Under the pieces are notes generated by a model. That model saw only the letters and a list, made by a program, of their open reading frames with translations. It did no database searches and was not told where the DNA came from. Below, one piece after another: positions 1 through 13,468 of a stretch of 64,000 nt of DNA. The position numbers and the translations under genes were made by a program. The stretch's first letter is position 1. Each line of letters begins with the position of its first letter. The DNA is from Macrostomum lignano. Its lineage: Eukaryota. Where the stretch lies: positions 1 through 64,000 of the forward strand of contig NIVC01003054.1 in assembly GCA_002269645.1 (NCBI GenBank). Direction: 5' to 3'.

Positions 1-556
1 AGTGACACCGCGCAGAAACAACTGAATATCTGCACTGAAAATATTGTATTGTAGTAAAGTAGTATACTGAGTATTAAACACTCGTGCCTCCTCAGTTGTC
101 GCCAGGTTTGTCTTTGTCTTGATAATTCTTATGCGCCGGCGTTTCATGATGACTCAAATCTGATATGGAATCAGGTAAGATTCAAGAGAAGATGCAAAAC
201 GGGGACCGTTTTTACTCACTAATCTTCGCACCTATTACTGACACGTTTAATGATATAGAGTAAATGGTAAATATTAAAAAAACACAGTACATGGTTAAGA
301 CAAACAGCAGCCATTGAAACCAATTACATTTATTTGCACAGAAAAGTAAATTTTACAAAAAAATGATTGTGAGATTTCGAAAACTAATTAAACACAAAAT
401 TGTATCATAAGCACTATAAAATTGATAGCGGAATGCTGACCAGCTTTAACCAAAAACTTTGATTATTTATAATAAATTGAAGCTTTTCAAAATTCTAGCC
501 GTGTTTTCTGTTACTCTTTATACTACTTTTAGTAGAAATGTAAGAACATTGAAATG

Positions 557-808
557 CTAAGAAGCCAAGTCACCAGCTGCAGGCGGACTTGGCCAGCCAA
601 TCAGGCTGCTCACAATGCCAATTAAGTGTTGGCTGACTGTGTGATGCGGCAGAAACAGCCAGCTAGTATAGGCGGACATCAGTAGCAGCACAACTACAAG
701 ACAATTCAATGCAATTCGCTCGTACGGTTCCAGCATGTAGATAGAGGTTTCAACTAAGTACTTGAAGTAGAGCCGAGCGAATATATTGCCGGGCTCTGAC
801 TCCTTCAT
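557..808 (-). CDS. SPTSSA: Serine palmitoyltransferase small subunit (ssSPT), single coding exon, 83 aa
   Basis: YFKYLVETSIYMLEPYER...AYTSWLFLPHH matches the ssSPT family motif (human ssSPTa YYQYLLVTALYMLEPWER...YTGYVFMPQH). Start taken at accATG (808), 8 nt after an acceptor-like ctacag. A versus B paralogue not resolvable. Confidence 0.85.
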   Translation of the reverse strand: MKESEPGNIFARLYFKYLVETSIYMLEPYERIALNCLVVVLLLMSAYTSWLFLPHHTVSQHLIGIVSSLIGWPSPPAAGDLAS

Positions 809-1049
809 GGTGAATTCTGTAGCGCAGAAAATGCACATTTATTTTAAGTTTGTTGCGGATAAAACTAATTGATAATAAACCAACTCGAACTGATACACTT
901 AATTAATATGAGTACGAGTACGAATCTAAACACTAATTATCTAATTGCAAATTTTCCTGCTTGTGAAAGTGATCGACTATCTTAGATTTCGTTGATTTGA
1001 AATCTCGATTTTTTAGTTTACATGGACCTCGACTCTACTCTAGCTAAAC

Positions 1050-1304
1050 CAGGGTTGGCAAGATTTTTTAAATCAAGGGCCAGATAAAGAATTCAGCTCA
1101 TGGCTGCGGGCCAAGGAGAGGAGAGGGAAAGGAGAGGGAGAGATGAGAGGGGGAGAGGAGAGGGGAGAGGCAGAGGGTCGAAGGGAGAGAGAAGAGAGCT
1201 AAAAAGAGACAAACCTTGAGTGGGCCAGGTTGCTATTAAGAAGTTTCAAAGGACCCAAGGGCCAGATGGAGAGGTTTGCTGGCCCACATGTTTGCTGACC
1301 CCTG
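1050..1304. mobile_element. hAT-Charlie-like MITE, older copy with GA-rich interior
   Basis: Ends CAGGGTTGGCAA...TTGCTGACCCCTG. Subterminal sequence aligns with the 12647 copy. Flanks agctaaac / gtctaaat are a decayed 8-bp TSD. Confidence 0.7.
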
Positions 1305-3549
1305 GTCTAAATCAACTTGCCAAGGTCTAGCTAGCTCAGTAATATGTATATTATTTTCATAGAATTTGAAAGAGTCTTCATGGAATGCAGTGTAGAGTCC
1401 CAAATATCAAGAAAGACTATTTCCCCATCTGTATTTTAAACACACATTCAGTTTATCGATGGCTCAAAGCACATAGAGCAGGCATTGAATTTAGAAGGGC
1501 TAAGATTTGGGACATTGGGGGGAGCAAAAATGGCCTTCACTATGTACTAAAATAAATTAAAAAGTTGATAAAAGTTTACAATTATTTTTATGTATATATT
1601 AGAAAATAGAACTCAAAATAACAGTTCAAATTAAAAAAGGAATCTTCTTTATAACTTCAAGCAAAACTTATATTCAATAATATAATGGTTTTTTTAGCCT
1701 GGGGTGCAATGCAAACCAAAGTGGCTAGGGGTATCTATCCCTCAATCTTGCATTGACAAATGGGTTTAAGCCATAGGAGTCTATATGGAAACCACAAAAA
1801 ACAAGGGCCCACAGAATTGAAAGATCTATAAAGTCAAAGCACCTGCAATCTTAATGATTTTTTTATATTCTATTCCTTTTTAAAAATCATTTAATACACA
1901 ACAATTATAGTTGAAAAAGTATTAGTATATAAGACCAAGAGTTAGTAAAAAAGTGGCAGCTTCTAAATTGATAACAACTTTTATATAGCAAAACAATCAA
2001 AACTTTAGAAATGTTGCAAATAGCTACCAAAAATAAAGCATTAAATCTAATCACAAAGTGCAAACCAAACAAACAAACATAGGCTTTATTACCTTGATCA
2101 ATTTTCTTATAAATGTGATAAGATCAAACCAAGAACAATCAGTCTTAATTTTATACTTTAGCATCAATAGAAACATTGCATTGAAACCAACAAATAACCT
2201 AATTAATATATGTTACTAAAGGCCTTGTTGCTACTTTCCTACCTAGTTGCTAGTTTATTTACACTGTTTTATCTGCTGTTTGGCTCTCTTCATTTACCTT
2301 GTCTCAACCAATATAGTTCAAACCTCTATCTTTCTCTATTGATCTCTCACCTTTTCTTTCTTCTGATTGGTCAGTCTTTCACTATTCTCTAAGCCTTTCA
2401 TTCTCTCACCTGTCGCGTCGCGTACTCGACCCTCCCTTACTTTATGTCAGCAAACCCTCTCAGTTGAGCCTTCAACCCACCCCTTGCTAAACATAACAAT
2501 ACTGCTATAAATATAGAGTTCAGGGCTTCTAGCCTTTTCACTGATCATCTGAGTGGTAAAGTAGTGGCTACCTGCAGGCCAGTCTAGAAATGTAGTTGTT
2601 TGCTATTTTCTTGACAGGCCTATTTCAAATTTGGTTATCATCAATAGGGTCAACCTAACTTATTAGTTAATCAATGTCTCTTAACATTTGTTATCATAGA
2701 TAGCTAAAATTATAATTTTTAAGCTGTAACACTATACTTTCCTATAGATAGAAAATGATATAATGTAATACAAGTACTAAGCTTACTGAAAAAAAACTAT
2801 ACAAGAGCTATATAAAGCTTTTAAACTTATACTAGATAATGTAGCTAAAAAGCAAGCTTCTAGGAAGTAGCTATCAAGGGCTATTAACATAGGGTGCCTG
2901 GTTAATGTTGGTCCTCTAATGAATTAACAATGAAAAGGCCAATGCAAGGCTCTATTTAAGTAGATCAATTTAATGTTTTATACTTTTTATAACAGTCCAT
3001 CTAATGAAGTTAATCTGCCCCCTATCTTCAAGAAATAGGGTTGAGGACTTAAGGCTCTTACTAAAAAGAAGCTAAAAGGTAAATCTTTTGAAATGCATTA
3101 TAATATACATAATGATGATATTTTTCAAACTTTTCAATCATTTTGCTTGTAGTGACAATAGTCAGTTTGAAATATTTAACATTTCTTAGTTTATGATTCT
3201 AGCTTAGAAAGTAATAATTAATATTGAATAATGTACTAGTGCTATCCCTTTATAATAGTATACTCGAATGTTCTTTCAATGTAATAGCTATATATTCAAA
3301 TAATATTGTAACATTCCTTAGAAACTGAATCTATGCAAAACACTAAATAATGTTTGTTTTAATGCACGAAATAAATTGGGGAAATATTTTTTGTTATAAA
3401 TGTATCAGGAATTCAGGGGTATATATAGGAGCGGTTTTGCGGCAAATATACTCCAATTGTCTTTTACCTGTGAGCAATATTGCGAACAAAATAAGCAGTT
3501 CAATTTAAACCTTTCAAAGTCTTTTGAGTTGAATAGCGACTTATTCATT

Positions 3550-3990
3550 TGCAAAGTCTGAGAAACGATTCCAAGAGATTTGCTAAGAAAGGGAATAGGG
3601 GAATAATTTGCAGAAGTATTACAAGAGGCGCTGTGACCCTCTAGTCTCGGTAATGCCCGATTAGGACTATTCACTAATACATATACCAGTACTAGACCGC
3701 TCAGGCCATAAGCTACCAGAACGTTACCAGAAAGCTAGCCATAAGCTACCAGAATGCTACCAGAAACGCTACTAAGAATGCTACCCAGAAATATTTAAAT
3801 GCAATTCTAAGAAATAGTTAAGGAGTAAAAACAAGTATAATCAATATAACTGTAGTTGGCAAACAGGAATAACCCCTGTAACAACTTGATGGCAGTTAGT
3901 AAAGTTAGTTGGAGGACAGAAGAAAAAGCCTGTTACAACTTTGGTGGCATAATGGTAGAATTTTCATAGAGAGCCAAAAGGCCTGTCACA
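3550..3990. repeat. Dispersed repeat, copy A (inverted relative to 8630-9045)
   Basis: tggtggcataatggtagaattttcatagagagccaaaaggcctgt, acaggaataacccctgtaac and gcgctgtgaccctct each match the reverse complement of segments in 8630-9045. Confidence 0.7.
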
Positions 3991-5048
3991 ACTTAGTATC
4001 AGTGGTGGGATTAAAATTAATAAAGTAGGAGGTAAAACACCTGTCACAATAACAAATAACAATTAATAAAAACAATCAAAACAACATTCAACGTCACTAA
4101 TTACAAAGTAAATAGTTTTTTCAAAAAGAATGATAAACTAATGATTAAAGCATTATTAATAAATTAGCCCTACCTTAAAAAAACTTAAGTGCTTATCACT
4201 AAAGCTAGAAACTAAAGTGACTATTAGACAAAGTCTAATAATTTTTCCTAATCAAAACTTCAAGTGAAATTCTTTTTACAAGCTTTGTTACAAGTCAAAT
4301 TCTATAGACAAACAATCCTAGACTAGGATAGGCTAGACTAGACAAAAACTAGACTAGATAAAAAACTATATTAGATTAAACTAGACTACATTTTAAATCC
4401 AATTGGATTTGACTTCCAACCTTGGCAAGAAAACTTTTAAGTATTTAAAAACTTTTAAGATATATAGATGTTTCCTTTTAGTTTTATTATATATCCATTA
4501 ATACTGATGTTATTTACTGATATTGAAATTAATATTCTGGCAGACAAAATGACTGCATTTCATATTTTGGAAAATCTTGACAAGAAAAGCTTATATAGGT
4601 CAAAGCTCAAAAGCTCAAATTTCAAGTCAAAACTATCTTAGATTAGACTAGACTAGATTTTAAATCCAATTGGATTTGATTCAAAATTCCAACTAGAAAA
4701 ACCCTGCAGGAAAATCTTGATAAGAAAAGCTTACATGGGCAAACCTTGGCAAAAAAACTTCATGCAAAAAATCTCTTAGACCCAAGTTGACTAGGGCCTA
4801 CTCAATGCTTGGTTAGCTTGGATTGTTTGGAAATGCAATGTTAGACACCATTAAAAAATCTTAACTTGCATTAATGGTAAAAGTTTTATTTGGTTGGGGA
4901 GAAAGTTCCCGTGGTTTCTAGAACTTTCTGTCTAAGAACTTTCTGGAATATTCCAGAACCCGGCTGTGTGGGTATATATTGAGGGTGGGTATGTGTGATT
5001 CTAACATGCTATTTCAACCAAAGATATTACTCACTAGTCACCAGCATT

Positions 5049-6216
5049 ATGGATCTCTCTTGGGGCTATATTCGTGGTCTCCTGCTCTATGACTTCAAAT
5101 CTGGACTTGGCATTTGGTGTGGGTATGGTGTCTGAACGCACTACTCAGGACTGGTTTGAGCAGTTTCGCCAGGGAAATTTTAACCTCAAAGATTTGCCCT
5201 GGTTAGGTCATCCCTCCGAGGTTGATGATGACTGGCTGCGCACACTTGTAGAGGCTGACCCTTGGCAAACCACGCGTGAGTTAGCGCAAGTCCTTGATGT
5301 AGACCATAAAATGGTCACCAGTCATTTGCATCAGCTGGGCAAGGTGTACAAGCTGGCACAATGGGTACCCCACCAATTGTCAGATTGGAACAAGCAGTGC
5401 AGGGCAAAGGTGGCCACTTTTTTCCTCTCCTACAGGCGCACGCACAACTGGCTAAAGTCCATCGTTATGGGCGATGAAAAGTCGTGCCTGTATGTCAACA
5501 TCAAACGTTGACAATTATGGGTTGATGCTGACGCAATGCCTGAGCTGCAGCCAAAGGCCGGACTCCACCCACGCAAGGTCATGCTGTGCATGTGGTGGGA
5601 CTGCAAGGGCGTCATCTACTATGAACTGCTGCCACCCAACACATCAATTATGGCCGACCTATACTGCCAACAGCTGGACCGATTGGCTACCGCCATCGCA
5701 CAGAAGCGTCTAAACCATGGCCCGGTACGATTCCTCCATGATAACGCTCATCCATACACTGCTAAGGTGACTCACCAAAAGCTACTGGACCTTGGCTGGG
5801 AATTGGTGCCCTATCCACTGTATTCATCAGACTTGGCACCAAGTGACTATCACCTGTTTTTGTCTCTGGCCAATGCCTTGAACAACAAAACCTTTGCTGA
5901 TGATAAAGAGCTCAATAACTGGCTGAACAACTTTTTCACTTCAAAGCCAGAGAAATTTTACAGTGAAGGTATTATGAGTTTGCCTGAAAAATGGCAGAAG
6001 GTGATCCATACATGCGCAACCTTGGGAATCACTCGGCTGTTTCTATTGGCAACACACACATGTAAATTACTATTGGCTGAGAGCTATCACGTGACTACTA
6101 TTCTGTCCAATAGCAACTTACGTGTGTGTGTTGCCAATAGAAATGGCCGGGTGAATCCCTAGGTTGCGCCTAAGCATGAGGTGATCGATTGTGATGGTGA
6201 TTATTTTGTTTCTTAA
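5049..6216 (+). pseudogene. Mariner transposase pseudogene
   Basis: Motifs GDEK, KVMLCMWWD, HDNA and DLAPSDYHLF with 34 residues between D2 and D3. Lesions: N-terminal deletion/frameshift near 5110, in-frame TGA at 5509-5511, MITE insertion at 6007. Removing the MITE restores the typical C-terminus KWQKVIDCDGDYFVS*. Confidence 0.92.
6007..6178. mobile_element. 172-bp hairpin MITE with 8-bp TSD nested in the mariner
   Basis: Perfect TSD AGGTGATC (5999-6006, 6179-6186). Arms CATACATGCGCAACCTTGGGAATCACTCGGCTGTTTCTATTGGCAACACACAC and an imperfect reverse complement. P-like or hAT superfamily is inference. Confidence 0.85.
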
Positions 6217-8629
6217 TTGGCTTTTAGTTTTAAAAAACTCAGTTTGATAGAAAGTTCTAGAAACCGCAGGAACTTTCTCTTCAACCAAATAGCATTAAAA
6301 CAAAAATAATAATTTTTTAACTTTTATTTTTGTTAAGTTAACTGATAATCATTAATAAGCATTAATCCATTAAAGTTAACATATAAAATATAAAAAATCT
6401 TGCACTTTTTTCAAAATAGACTTCATAATTCATTGTCTGTTTTTCTATTTTTTTAGTAAAATATATAGACCTACAGAGGTCATTATCTAAGCAATTTACA
6501 AATAAAAAGTAAAAAATAATAATTTAAATATTTGCATGATCATTGTTATAAACAAAGAGATTAATTAGGCATTTAGATAAATTTAAATAAATTCAAATGC
6601 TAAAATAAATTTTAATTTAAATTTAAATAAGCTTTTCTTATTAGACTTATATTTTTGTTCTTTTTTTTTTTGCATCTTTGGTCATTGATATTGCCATTAA
6701 CATTAACATTAACAATAAATTTGTCATTAACTCACAAAATTATTAATGCAAATTTGTTCATCTGTTAGTTAAAAAATCTTAATGCTTATCAATGGATTAA
6801 TGCTTATTAATGGACTGGTGCCTAACACTTGGGAAATGTTATTTTTAGATTTGCTTGTACTTACATGTACCAACAAAATGAGTTTATTATTTTTACTATT
6901 ATAGGTATTTTAAGACTATACAGATGTTTCTGTTTAATATTTTTATATAGGCCTACACATTAATACTGATGTTGTATTTAAATTAATATTCTAGCCGACG
7001 AAATGACTGCATCATATTTTTGCAGACAAAAGAGTGCCGAGTGGCAGACGAACTGGCAGCAGACAAAACATCAGCTCACCAAAGACTATAAAATAAGTAA
7101 CCAAAGTAACTGGTTCCCTATCTATACTAGTAAGGTCAGGTGTAACTTGGTACCCTACCTAGGGAATATAAGAAAAGCATTTTAATAATAAGGAGGGTTA
7201 TAATAGTAGGATACAGAATGTTTCTAAAATATAGGGTGAATCTAGGATTATGGTGTTTATGCCTGGTGCACCTAAAATGAGTCTTGAAAAAAGGCACTAG
7301 TGCCAGAAATCTTACAGGAGCTTTTCTGGGGGAATAACGCATATATTTCAGATACATTAAAAATAATATCTACAGACTGATACTGATACATACATATATC
7401 AATATTAACTAACTAACTAATCAACGTCTTACGTCTTTGGTGGCGCGGTGGTACAGAACGTTGTAAAAAATCAAAATTTTCTATGAACGTTAAACTTTGA
7501 TATAGTGCCAATATTTACTTTAAGGTATAACGAACTATAATGTAAAGAACGAAAAACTGTTAGAGTAAGATTAGCAACGAGAAAACAAATAAAGTAGGGC
7601 CTATCATTCAACAATCCATTGATATAGAGTCCAGTATCTTAATAAAATATGTAAATGCTTTACAGAACGGACTCACAGCAAACAAAAAATAGGATCCTCC
7701 CATTGGCCATTGATTGGTGATTTTCGCATTGACACCATCGATGCGTACAATCTAGTACTCTAGTTGAGTAGTCCTTGTATCATAGTCGTACGTGTATTGT
7801 GCAAGGACTACTGTGCCTAAAATCATAATGCTCACTGAGCAAACATCATAGCATGTTCAAATGTTGGTGTTATGTCTACAAAAATATTTATGAAAATAAC
7901 AAAAACTTGCACTAGACCAGTGCTAGGCTTGTAGGGAGACTCTAGTGTAGTGAGATTTTGAAAGTTATTTTACTGTTTTTTTTTATTTAAATCTTGATGA
8001 ATCTAATTTTAAATATTTTTTGCCTGAAACAAGTAAAAAGATAGGGCCTACCTTATTTTTGAAAATTGATCAAGTTACAACACAAGTAGGCCCAATAAAA
8101 GTTATTAAAAAGTCAAAAGTTAAAACTTTTTAAGTTTTTGTATGCTTTTTTTACATTTTAATTATGCATCTTGTATCTTAAGCACTGTGATTGTTTTTTT
8201 ATAGCCTAAAAACATAATAAGAATACCTATGCTTCATTGCTTTTATTTTTTGAAGGGTATAATTTTTTTAAATGCCATATTTAGAGACATGGTGACTGTG
8301 TCTATAATCCAATATACTTATAAAAATGGCAGCCATGTCTTTAGTAGTGATTAGAACTTAGGTCTACTTTTAAATATAGCTAGGTCACCATGTCTAGGCC
8401 TTTAATAAATAATATTAGAGCTTAAAAACATTGCAGCCATATCTATATAACATAAAATGAATCTCACATAGGAGATAAACTGGCCATGCCAATGAAGTCT
8501 GCATAGTGTCAATGGTCATAGATCTTATTATTAATATTATAAGCCTAACTAAATGAGTTCATAGTTTATTAAGACTAAGACATAGAGAGTGGGTCATGTT
8601 CTTATTATAGAATCTATTAGGGCCTATCT

Positions 8630-9045
8630 ATACAACTGTAACAGGCCTTTTGGCTCTCTATGAGAATTCCACCGTTATGCCACCAAAAGCTGTCCCAGGG
8701 CTCTTATTTATTCTTTTGTTTAGCCTTACTTGCTGCCACCAAACTGTTGCAGGGGTTATTCCTTCTTGTTAATATTGCTAGTTATTACTTGCCTTTACTA
8801 GTAGCGTATGTACTATGTACTTCTATTGGTAGCGTCTGTACTTCTATTGGTAGCGTATGTACTTTTACTAGTAGCGTCTGTACTTCTATTGTACTTTCTG
8901 GCCTGAGCAGTCTTTTAGGCACTGTCTATCCTATTCCTATACTCCTCTAAAGGTATTATTCTCAGTCCTGGGCATTCCCGGGATCAGAGGGTCACAGCGC
9001 ACTTTGCTAGGTATTCTGCCCTGAGGCGGGTTTCTCAGACTCTAA
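8630..9045. repeat. Dispersed repeat, copy B (inverted relative to 3550-3990)
   Basis: Matching blocks listed under copy A. Confidence 0.7.
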
Positions 9046-9639
9046 GCCTGGATTTCTCTACCCTGTGGTAGGAATTCTGCCTCCTAAAGGTGGGTTACTA
9101 GACTCCTAAGTCTAGGATTTCTCGTTCTCTGAGAACGGACTGGACTCCCAATCTTGGGGCAACTCCTAAACTACTATCCACTACTCGAAATAAGTAACAC
9201 GAGCAAATACGAGCTCAAGGCTGATAGAATTTCTTCTCAAATGAGAGTATTAAAGTTGTTCAACGAGGAACAGGAAGTTAGCAAGTTGGTTTGCTAGGCT
9301 CTCAAATGGCCTCTATTTATAGTATATTTTTTTCTGTCATTTCAAACAAAAAGTAATATAAAGAATATAGAAAATATACAAAGTATACAAAATATTTGTG
9401 TAGTAAAACAAAATAATAGTTTTTTTTTTAATTTATACCTTTTCTAAGAAATGTAAACTACTAAAAGAAGAAGGCCTATTGCACAACATTGGAAATAACA
9501 GTAGATAATCTTAGAAATGAGAGGAAAGAGAGAAAGCAAGGAAAGAGTTGAGATAAGAGGGTATAGTAGAGTTAAGAGGAGAGAGGAAAGAAGATGGAAG
9601 TGTTAAGAGAGGAGAGTGAAGAATGAGAAGAAGGGAAAG

Positions 9640-9867
9640 CCTGGGTTTTTTGTGCAAATGGGTGCAAATAGCATCCTGGTCTTAAAAATCGCACGCTGAA
9701 TTTTGACTCAGGGTGCGAAAAGTGCACTAGAAGTTTTTGCAAGGATGTGATGCAGATTTCACAATTTTGTGTTATGGACATGCAGTGCATCCTGGTGTTA
9801 AAAATCGCACCTTGAAATCTAGCACAGGGTGTGAAATCGCACCTAAGTTATGGATAAAAAAACCTAG
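9640..9867. mobile_element. Candidate MITE inserted into a GA-rich tract
   Basis: Ends CCTGGGTTTTTT / AAAAAACCTAG, flanks agggaaag / agggagag (7 of 8 match), internal duplicated gcatcctggt.ttaaaaatcgcac. Confidence 0.45.
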
Positions 9868-10165
9868 AGGGAGAGAGAAGAGAAAGTAAAGAGCAAAGAG
9901 AAATGAGAAGAGATAAAAGAGGAGAAAGGAGAGATAAAAGAACAGATAGGAAAGAAGAGAGGAGAGAGAAAATAGAGAGAAAAAAGGAGAGAAGAAAGGA
10001 ATAGAGAAAGAAAAGAAGAGAGAAGAGATGAGATAAAAAAGATGAAAGAGAAGAGAGATGAGGGAGGATACAAGAGAAGAGGGGAGAAAGGAGAGAGGAG
10101 AAGAAAAGAAAAAAGAGAAGAGATGAGGAAAGACGAGGGATAAGAGAGAAGAAAGGAAACAGAAG
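9868..10165 (+). repeat. Purine (GA)-rich low-complexity tract, continuing the 9500-9640 tract
   Basis: Almost exclusively G and A. Confidence 0.85.
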
Positions 10166-12646
10166 AGAAGATAGTAGTTTTTAAGTATCTAAGGGATGTA
10201 GGAAGAGTCAGAGGCAGAGGCCAGAGTTTGCCAATACATGTTTTAAGAGTCAAATAGACATTGCCCGACATTCTGCACAACACCCCAGCCAACAATATTC
10301 AAATGTTTGCTTCAAATCCTAATTTTACATGAATGTAGGCCTACTCCATTTTATGTTTACCTCTATCCCACTAACTATTAACAAGTTTTTTTGAGTATGG
10401 ACTCAGATTTCAGAATACATGCAAAAATACCATAGGCCTAATTCTGGGATTGGAATTCCCCAGGTTAAAAATCTGCGGGTTTCAACAGCTTGTCTTTAAT
10501 AGTTTAACTTGGTTCTAGTTTTTTAGATGACCATGGCCCTGCCAGTGACAGCCATAGCTATAAACTATATACTACTACCACTACTACTACTACTATTTCT
10601 ACTACTAATACTACTACTACTACATAGTTGTCAGTTGACCATAGTGTACTCAGACTTACTTGGCCTCACTCAACTCAACTTGCCAATATATAGTACTCGT
10701 ATAGTCCTCTGACCTTTCCTATATCTACTATACATTATATATATATAATGTATAGTAGATATTATATATATATAGATTTTATATAGATTTTATATATATA
10801 TATTTGTATATATATATATAAAATTTAGAGATAAATATGATGGTGTGGCGGCCAGACTATGCGACCAGTAGCACCAATGCAGCCGCACTGAAAACCCCCC
10901 GCCAATCTCTATCTAGCTGAGGTGGGGTGGTGGCACACCACGCTAGCTGGCTCGCTAAGCCAGGGAGGTTGGCATAGCCAATCACGCCACGCCACATGTG
11001 TGCACCTCCCTTGGCACCTCAATAATCTTGCACTGTTTTCACTTGTATAAATATATGCGCAATGCAGTGCAACATCTTCACTGCCATTCCATCTATTGAA
11101 ACAAAAAGGCCTTCCGCCTCAATGGCACTGCTATTGTTTAGAAAGATACATTGGTTTTGCTAGTAATATTAGTAAGTAGTACATAGTACTATAGTAGTAG
11201 TAAGTACTGTTATGACAAAATTATTGAAATAATAGCAATGCACTATTGGAACACTAGGTGGCAGCAAAAAGGAAGCAAAGTACAATCATTCTTCATATAA
11301 CCATATTCAATAGCAAAAATCTTGACTTTTGATAAGAATTATATTGGTCAAAATATTTACTAACCTGTCTAGGACCTAAACTGTCTATGACCTACCCAAC
11401 TATCTATGACCCAAAATGGTCTGGTCCAAACTGTCAAAAACTCAAAAATTACTTGACTCAAGGTGAGCTACTCAACTCATAACAACAAAACTAGACTTAC
11501 TGCTTGACTCGACAAAAACTAATACTCGTCTAAATTCTAGTAGACATACCTATAAGCTCCAATTTTATAGGCCTAGACATGGCTGCTATTTCTATGAAAA
11601 GGTTGATATAGTTTGTTATCATCTATATAGAAGTCAGTGAAACATTTTTAAAATGTTTTTTCTTTATGACAAATTATAATTTTCTTTTTGTCCATTTTTA
11701 AAATATTTTTTAAAGTTATTCATTTGCAAAAATCATAACACTTATCATAGCCAAGCTATTTGTTTTATTAGGCCTAGCCTAACTTTCAAAATTCATTACT
11801 GTTTTAAAATGGCAAAACTTATTAAAAGGTAAGGCTAGACCCCTATAATTCATAAAGTGTTTTTATGGTTGGGTAAAGCAAGTGGGATTAAGCCATTTTT
11901 AATGGCTGAGCAACCTGCCTCACTGCCCCCTTTTTTATTGCCCCGACCTTGTACTTGTGCTTGTTTTTATGCGCTGTACATACATGCTCTGACTCAGCAT
12001 CCCTAATCCCAAGTGTGCATTTGTTTTATATATAGGTTGCTCAGCTCAATGCGAGAGGGCGCTGCTACCACTCAAAATTTGATATGAATAAAATTTTTCT
12101 AAAACCATCAAGTGGATCAAATTTTCTATAATGTGAAATTTAGATTTCAAAGTTTTGGCCTTATTTAACTTAAACAGATTATTGTAAATGCTTAAATTAT
12201 AAACTTAGAGAAATTTTAAGTCTTAGGAAATTTTAAATTGTGATGTGGCATGCTAATTCAATTTTGACATAATTAACTTCATGTTTAGGCACTTTAGGCC
12301 TATATTAATTGAATGTTATTTTTATATACATTTATATATCAATATTACAAAACAATTTGTCATTTTTTTATTTTATATTGCACCAATAAAAATTTTTATA
12401 ATAATGCCACCTCTGGAAAAATATTTTTCATTTACCCATTGAGGAAAGTCCTAGATATACTATTGCCTACAACTAATTATGAAGTGGTTTATATAGATAT
12501 TGTCTATAGGCATACTTGTATAGGCACTCATAATGTATAGACACTTTAATTTTAAAGCATCAAGCATATATATTTTGCCTTATGGCCTAGCTAAGATGCA
12601 AATTGCATTATATCCCCTAGCCAAATAATGTGCACAAGCTCTAAAC

Positions 12647-13235
12647 CAGGGGTTGGCAATTTTTTTATCCTAAGGTCCAGATGTAGAACTTGAAGCACAA
12701 CTGTAGGCTAGAGGAGGTGAGAGGAGAGGGAATAAAGAAGTGAGGAGAGGCGAGAAGGAAAGGAGAAGAAAGATAAAATAGGAGAGAAAAGGAGAGGAGA
12801 AAAGAAAAGAGAAGAGAGACAAGATATAACAGAAGATAGAATCAAGATATGACAGAAGATAGAATCAAGATATAACAGAAGATAGAATCAAGATATAACA
12901 GAAGATAGAATCAAGATATAACAGAAGAAAGAATCAAGATATAACAGATGATAGAATCAAGATATAACAGAAGATAGAATTAAGATATAACAGAAGATAG
13001 AAGCGAGATATAACAGAAGATAGAATCAAGATATAACAGAAGAAAGAATCAAGATATAACAGAAGATAGAATCAAGATATAACAAGATAGAAGCGAGATA
13101 TGGGAAGAGCACTAAGAAGCGATATAAACATTGAGTAGGCCAGATTGCTATTGTGAAGTTTCAAAGCACCCACAGGGCAGATACAGAGGCTTTGTGGGCC
13201 ACATGTGTCCACAAACTGGAGTTTGCCAACCCCTG
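12647..13235. mobile_element. hAT-Charlie-like MITE carrying an internal 23-bp minisatellite
   Basis: 13-bp perfect TIR CAGGGGTTGGCAA/TTGCCAACCCCTG and perfect 8-bp TSD CTCTAAAC (12639-12646, 13236-13243). The CAGGGG end and NTCTARAN target are typical of Charlie/MER58-type hATs. Confidence 0.92.
12820..13100 (-). repeat. 23-bp minisatellite, ~12 copies, reverse complement of the FIS1 intron array
   Basis: Unit AAGATATAACAGAAGATAGAATC. Confidence 0.95.
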
Positions 13236-13468
13236 CTCTAAACTAATATGAAACTTTGAAGTCTTGCTACCTACAAACAACAAAGAAGTTGCATTTATTA
13301 AAGACTATCATTGTGCTGACAATGCTTTTTTCCTAGATACAGAGGGCTTTTAAAATTCTGAAACATGTTTCAGTAGAAACATGTGTTTAAAATGCCTTTT
13401 TAAAATGAATTCTTCCCAGGCATAATCTGGACACAACAATGCACATTTATGCTGTTAAATAAAGGAAG

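Larger units (their letters stand above)
4889..6289 (+). mobile_element. Mariner (DD34D) DNA transposon, defective
   Basis: 41-bp TIRs (4889-4929 TTTGGTTGGGGAGAAAGTTCCCGTGGTTTCTAGAACTTTCT; 6249-6289), TA target duplication on both sides, internal transposase remnant. Confidence 0.95.

Noticed and set aside
5074-6162. Domesticated SETMAR-like gene
   Set aside because: No SET domain, intact TIRs with TA duplication, and several inactivating lesions: an ordinary dead mariner.
10835-12075. GC-richer islands and a 12-bp inverted repeat (11905-11916 / 12034-12045)
   Set aside because: Probably decayed transposon pieces; ends and TSDs could not be defined.
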